Notes under the pieces: generated by a model
What the model saw: only the letters and a program-made list of their open reading frames with translations
The model's database searches: none
Told to the model about the DNA's origin: nothing
Made by a program: the position numbers and the translations under genes
Shown: positions 60,288 through 64,000 of the stretch, piece by piece
How positions within the stretch are numbered: position 1 is the stretch's first letter
How the letters are laid out: each line of letters starts with the position of its first letter
Assembly: GCA_001802125.1 (NCBI GenBank)
Contig: MGZK01000130.1
Location: 243-64,242, forward strand
Length of the DNA: 64,000 nt
Reading direction: 5' to 3'
DNA from: Geobacteraceae bacterium GWC2_55_20
GTDB lineage: Bacteria > Desulfobacterota > Desulfuromonadia > Geobacterales > Pseudopelobacteraceae

Positions 60288-61493
60288 TCAGTGCCGTAAA
60301 ACGGCATGGGCAACGTCAGCAACATCACGCATCGCCCGGACATCATGCACCCGCAGGATCGACGAGCCGTTGGCCACCGAAAGAGCCACCGTGGCAGCAG
60401 TGCCGAACAGACGCTCTGAAGCCGAATCCCGCTCCAGTATCTTTCCGATGAATGACTTGCGGGATGTGCCCACCAGAACCGGCATTCCCATGCCGGTAAA
60501 TTCTCTAAGACGACGTAAAATCTCCAGGTTGCCGGCGGTATCCTTGCCGAATCCGATGCCGGGGTCCACGGCAATGCGGCACGGGTCTACGCCTGCTTCC
60601 AACGCAAGTTTAACTGAACTCTGCAAACCGCTGACTATTTCGGTGATCAGGTCCGAATAACCGGTATTCTTCTGCATCTGATCCGGCTTGCCGCGAGTAT
60701 GCATCAGCACTGCGGCGGCGCCGCTCCCGGCCGCTACGGCAGCCATTCGCGGATCGAATTTGAAGCCGCTGATATCATTTATTATTTCCGCTCCGGCCGA
60801 AAGTGCGCGGCCGGCGACGTCACTCTTCCAAGTGTCCACTGAGATTGCGCACCGAAGAACATCGGAAAGGCGTTCGATAACCGGGATGATTCGGGCTGAC
60901 TCCTCATCGGCCTGTACAGGCGCCGAACCGGGCCGGGTGCTTTCACCGCCGATATCGATGATGTCGGCCCCTTCGGCCTCCATCAGCAGGGCATGCTCCA
61001 CGGCAAGTCCGGGGTCGGTAAAACGTCCGCCGTCCGAGAATGAATCCGGTGTCAGATTAAGAATGCCCATTATCAACGGGCGTTCGAGTGAAAACTCGCG
61101 ACGGGATGTCACCCATCTTTGCGGAGGTTGTTTGATGTTGTCCAGAAGCGTGTTGAGTTCCATTGCCAAAGCCGGCAAGTCGAATGGTTGCGCCTTCAAC
61201 TTGTCACAGAGCTGCAACAGCTGCTTATCGGTGCCGATCAGGATCACATCTGTATCGTTTATGCTGCAAGCCACCGTGCCGCGTGCAACCGCGGCATCCC
61301 CCCCCAGAGACAGCATTTCCTGCTTGAGTATGTTGGCCTGACGGCACTGCAGACCAGGCAGATGGATACAACGGGTCAACATCTTGCCGCTCATCATGCC
61401 CAGGCCGCCTGAGTCCACACCGACACGTTCAAGCTCGGACCTGGCCTGAACAGGAGTGCTGACCGACAGCACCCTGGGCGAAAAACCAGCCAT
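60288..61493 (-). CDS. folP: Dihydropteroate synthase with N-terminal extension
   Basis: NLTPDSFSDGG, GESTRPG, DPGIGFGK, SRKS, RVHDV. Confidence 0.95.
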   Translation of the reverse strand: MAGFSPRVLSVSTPVQARSELERVGVDSGGLGMMSGKMLTRCIHLPGLQCRQANILKQEMLSLGGDAAVARGTVACSINDTDVILIGTDKQLLQLCDKLKAQPFDLPALAMELNTLLDNIKQPPQRWVTSRREFSLERPLIMGILNLTPDSFSDGGRFTDPGLAVEHALLMEAEGADIIDIGGESTRPGSAPVQADEESARIIPVIERLSDVLRCAISVDTWKSDVAGRALSAGAEIINDISGFKFDPRMAAVAAGSGAAAVLMHTRGKPDQMQKNTGYSDLITEIVSGLQSSVKLALEAGVDPCRIAVDPGIGFGKDTAGNLEILRRLREFTGMGMPVLVGTSRKSFIGKILERDSASERLFGTAATVALSVANGSSILRVHDVRAMRDVADVAHAVLRH

Positions 61494-61494
61494 A

Positions 61495-63351
61495 TTAGGC
61501 CTGGGTGTCGGTATGCGGCATCTCTGTCACTTCAGCCACTTTATCGGCGCAAGCTCCATCTGAAGCCATGATTTCATCAACCTCGGCGCCGCTCAGATTT
61601 TCTTTCTCGATCAGGCATATTGACAGTTTATGGAGATTCTTCAGATTATCGCGCAACAAAGTCAGGGCGCGGTCATAGGATTCATCCACTATGCGCTTGA
61701 TTTCGTCATCGATATTCTCGGCGGTCTTTTCGCTGAAGTTCTTGTGCATCGCCATTTCACGGCCCAGGAAGATCGACTCATCCTTTTTGCCGAACGAAAG
61801 CGGTCCCATCTTGTCGCTCATGCCCCATTCACAGACCATCTTGCGAGCCATCTCGGTGGCACGTTCGATGTCGTTGCCGGCACCAGTGGTAAAAGTATTG
61901 AAGATCAGATCCTCGGCCGCCCGGCCACCCATCAGTACGGCGATTCTGGCCAGCAGGGATTCGCGGGAATAGCTGTGCTTGTCTTCTATCGGAAGCTGCA
62001 TAGTAACACCCAGAGCACGACCGCGCGGTATGATGGAAACCTTGTGAACCGGGTCAGTGCCGGGCACCAGTTTGGCAACCAGCGTATGACCGGCCTCGTG
62101 GTAGGCGGTACTCTTCTTCTCCTCGTCGGAGATTACCATGCTGCGGCGTTCGGCGCCCATCAACACCTTGTCCTTGGCGCTGTCAAAATCGCTTCGATCG
62201 GCGACGGTCTTGTTCAAACGGGCAGCCAGCAGTGCGGCTTCATTGACCAGGTTAGCCAGATCGGCACCTGAAAAACCGGGGGTGCCTCGAGCAATCACGG
62301 CCAGATCGACATTTTCCGAAAGCGGCACCTTCTTGGAGTGGACCTTGAGAATCATTTCGCGGCCCTTGACATCCGGACGCGGCACGACAACCTGACGGTC
62401 GAAACGACCAGGGCGGAGCAGAGCCGGATCAAGGACATCGGGGCGGTTGGTGGCGGCGATGAGAATTACGCCCTCGTTGGACTCGAAACCATCCATCTCC
62501 ACCAGCAGCTGGTTGAGGGTCTGTTCTCGTTCATCATGCCCTCCCCCCATGCCTGCTCCGCGATGGCGTCCCACCGCATCGATCTCGTCAATGAAGATGA
62601 TGCAGGGCGCGCTCTTCTTGCCCTGGAGAAACAGGTCACGCACCCGGCTGGCGCCGACGCCGACAAACATCTCGACGAAGTCGGATCCGGAAATCGAATA
62701 GAAAGGAACTCCGGCCTCACCGGCAACCGCACGCGCCAGCAAGGTCTTGCCGGTACCAGGAGGGCCTACCAGCAGCACTCCTTTGGGAATTTTTCCGCCC
62801 AGCGCGGTGAATTTTTTAGGTTCTTTCAGAAAAGCGATGATCTCTTCCAGCTCTTCCTTGGCCTCCTCGATACCGGCAACATCCTCAAAGGTAATCTTGC
62901 CCTGGGTTTCGGTCAGAAGCTTGGCTCGGCTCTTGCCGAACGACATGGCCTTGCCGCCCCCCATCTGCATCTGGCGCATGAAGAAGATCCACACCCCGAC
63001 CAGCAGAATCAACGGGAACCAGGAAATGAAGATCGAGAACCAGGAAAACTTTTCCTCTTCAGGTTTGGCGTTGATCGTGACTTTCTTTTCCAGCAGTTTT
63101 TTGGTCAGATCGGCATCCGAGTAAGGCTTGTAGGTACGAAACTCCTTGCCGTCCTTACCATCGAACTTGCCGGAAATATCGTTGCCCTGTATGACTACCG
63201 CGGTAATCTTGCCGGATTCGATGTTAGACATGAAATCGCTGAAATTGATCTTTTCGGCGGTTGGCCGCGGTTTGTTGAACATGTTGAAAAGCAGGATCAT
63301 CATCAGGCTGATTACCAGCCAAAGTGAAAGATTCTTGTAGAATTGATTCAA
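61495..63351 (-). CDS. ftsH: ATP-dependent zinc metalloprotease FtsH
   Basis: [17 protein letters not shown]. Confidence 0.97.
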   Translation of the reverse strand: MNQFYKNLSLWLVISLMMILLFNMFNKPRPTAEKINFSDFMSNIESGKITAVVIQGNDISGKFDGKDGKEFRTYKPYSDADLTKKLLEKKVTINAKPEEEKFSWFSIFISWFPLILLVGVWIFFMRQMQMGGGKAMSFGKSRAKLLTETQGKITFEDVAGIEEAKEELEEIIAFLKEPKKFTALGGKIPKGVLLVGPPGTGKTLLARAVAGEAGVPFYSISGSDFVEMFVGVGASRVRDLFLQGKKSAPCIIFIDEIDAVGRHRGAGMGGGHDEREQTLNQLLVEMDGFESNEGVILIAATNRPDVLDPALLRPGRFDRQVVVPRPDVKGREMILKVHSKKVPLSENVDLAVIARGTPGFSGADLANLVNEAALLAARLNKTVADRSDFDSAKDKVLMGAERRSMVISDEEKKSTAYHEAGHTLVAKLVPGTDPVHKVSIIPRGRALGVTMQLPIEDKHSYSRESLLARIAVLMGGRAAEDLIFNTFTTGAGNDIERATEMARKMVCEWGMSDKMGPLSFGKKDESIFLGREMAMHKNFSEKTAENIDDEIKRIVDESYDRALTLLRDNLKNLHKLSICLIEKENLSGAEVDEIMASDGACADKVAEVTEMPHTDTQA

Positions 63352-63575
63352 GGCAAACCCCCGTTTGATTAAGCAGTGTGTGGCGTTAAAAATTTTGTAA
63401 AACTAGCATAGGACGGTCAGGTTGACAAGAGCAAACGGATGGCGGCTTCTACAAAATCAAGGATGTTATGGTACCAGTGTCATCCGCTGCAGGCTGTTTA
63501 TTCATCACGGCAACCGCAAAATATTAATAATCATATATAAAGGAGCATCTTAGAGTCTGCGGGATACCACCACAA

Positions 63576-63611
63576 GCAGAAACCGCCCTAAAACTTCGGG
63601 ACGGTTTCTGC
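63576..63611. terminator. Hairpin downstream of the right-edge gene
   Basis: GCAGAAACCG...CGGTTTCTGC. Confidence 0.6.
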
Positions 63612-63661
63612 ACTCCTCACGGAATACGGTTATTAGAGATTGCTAGAAACAAGTCATCAGA

Positions 63662-64000
63662 TCACTTTACAGCCAACCCTTCCACAGTCAGGCTACCTGT
63701 ACCTATGGTCAGTATCCCCTTCAGCACGGTAGGCATCCCGCTCTTGCCGCTGTAATCGGCTTTATAGCCACCCTTCAGCGTGATGGACTTGTAGCTGTTC
63801 ATATTCAAATTTTCTGTCAGTTCAGCGTCCAGTACAAGGAGAGTCGATCCGCTGACTTCGGCACCGATGTAGGCCAGGTTCAGGGATGTGTAACCGGTAG
63901 TTCCGATCATCGCTTTTGGCGCCAGGTTAAAGGTGGCGATCACCGTCTTGTCAGCTGATATTACTGTAAAACATGTGCTTTGACCACTGCATGCACCGGA
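63662..64000 (-). CDS. C-terminal part of an extracellular protein (InlB-B-like repeat + C-terminal domain); 5' end outside the window
   Basis: SGACSGQSTCFTVISADKTVIATF then ...TENLNMN...ITLKGGYKADY...GSLTVEGLAVK; frame open to the edge. Confidence 0.8.
   Translation of the reverse strand, partial: SGACSGQSTCFTVISADKTVIATFNLAPKAMIGTTGYTSLNLAYIGAEVSGSTLLVLDAELTENLNMNSYKSITLKGGYKADYSGKSGMPTVLKGILTIGTGSLTVEGLAVK

Overview
A 64-kb chromosomal segment from a deltaproteobacterium, most likely Geobacteraceae (inferred from gene content and order, not from a database hit). Most of it is minus-strand housekeeping. One run is kdsA-kdsD-kdsC-lptCAB-rpoN-hpf-hprK-rapZ-EIIA-ptsH-ptsI, continuing directly into pilD-pilS-pilR and then dsbC-orf-pilY1 (cut at the left edge). 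The others are fur-feoB-Cys-rich peptide-DtxR/FeoA; ilvD-ilvB-ilvN-ilvC-psd-pssA; and ftsH-folP-cdaA-glmM-pdxJ-acpS-nnr-CBS-tsaE-lysC-fdhD/mobA. Two accessory patches (about 22.5-24.0 kb and 32.4-51.0 kb) hold toxin-antitoxin pairs, a deletion relic, a zinc-finger-less type IA topoisomerase, a TMTC-like TPR membrane protein, a MoxR ATPase with an uncharacterised partner, and a PEP-CTERM gene. The most notable unannotated signal is two diverged paralogous ~180-nt intergenic elements (about 34830-35009 and 48939-49124). They share a promoter-like region, sequence blocks, hairpins and a terminator but no common protein product, so they are a candidate new small-RNA family. Also seen: a sigma54 micro-ORF unit sharing an enhancer-like motif with the PEP-CTERM gene, a candidate RSPP arrest peptide, and a C-terminal domain shared by two surface-protein tails. 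No rRNA, tRNA, CRISPR array or IS element was recognised.
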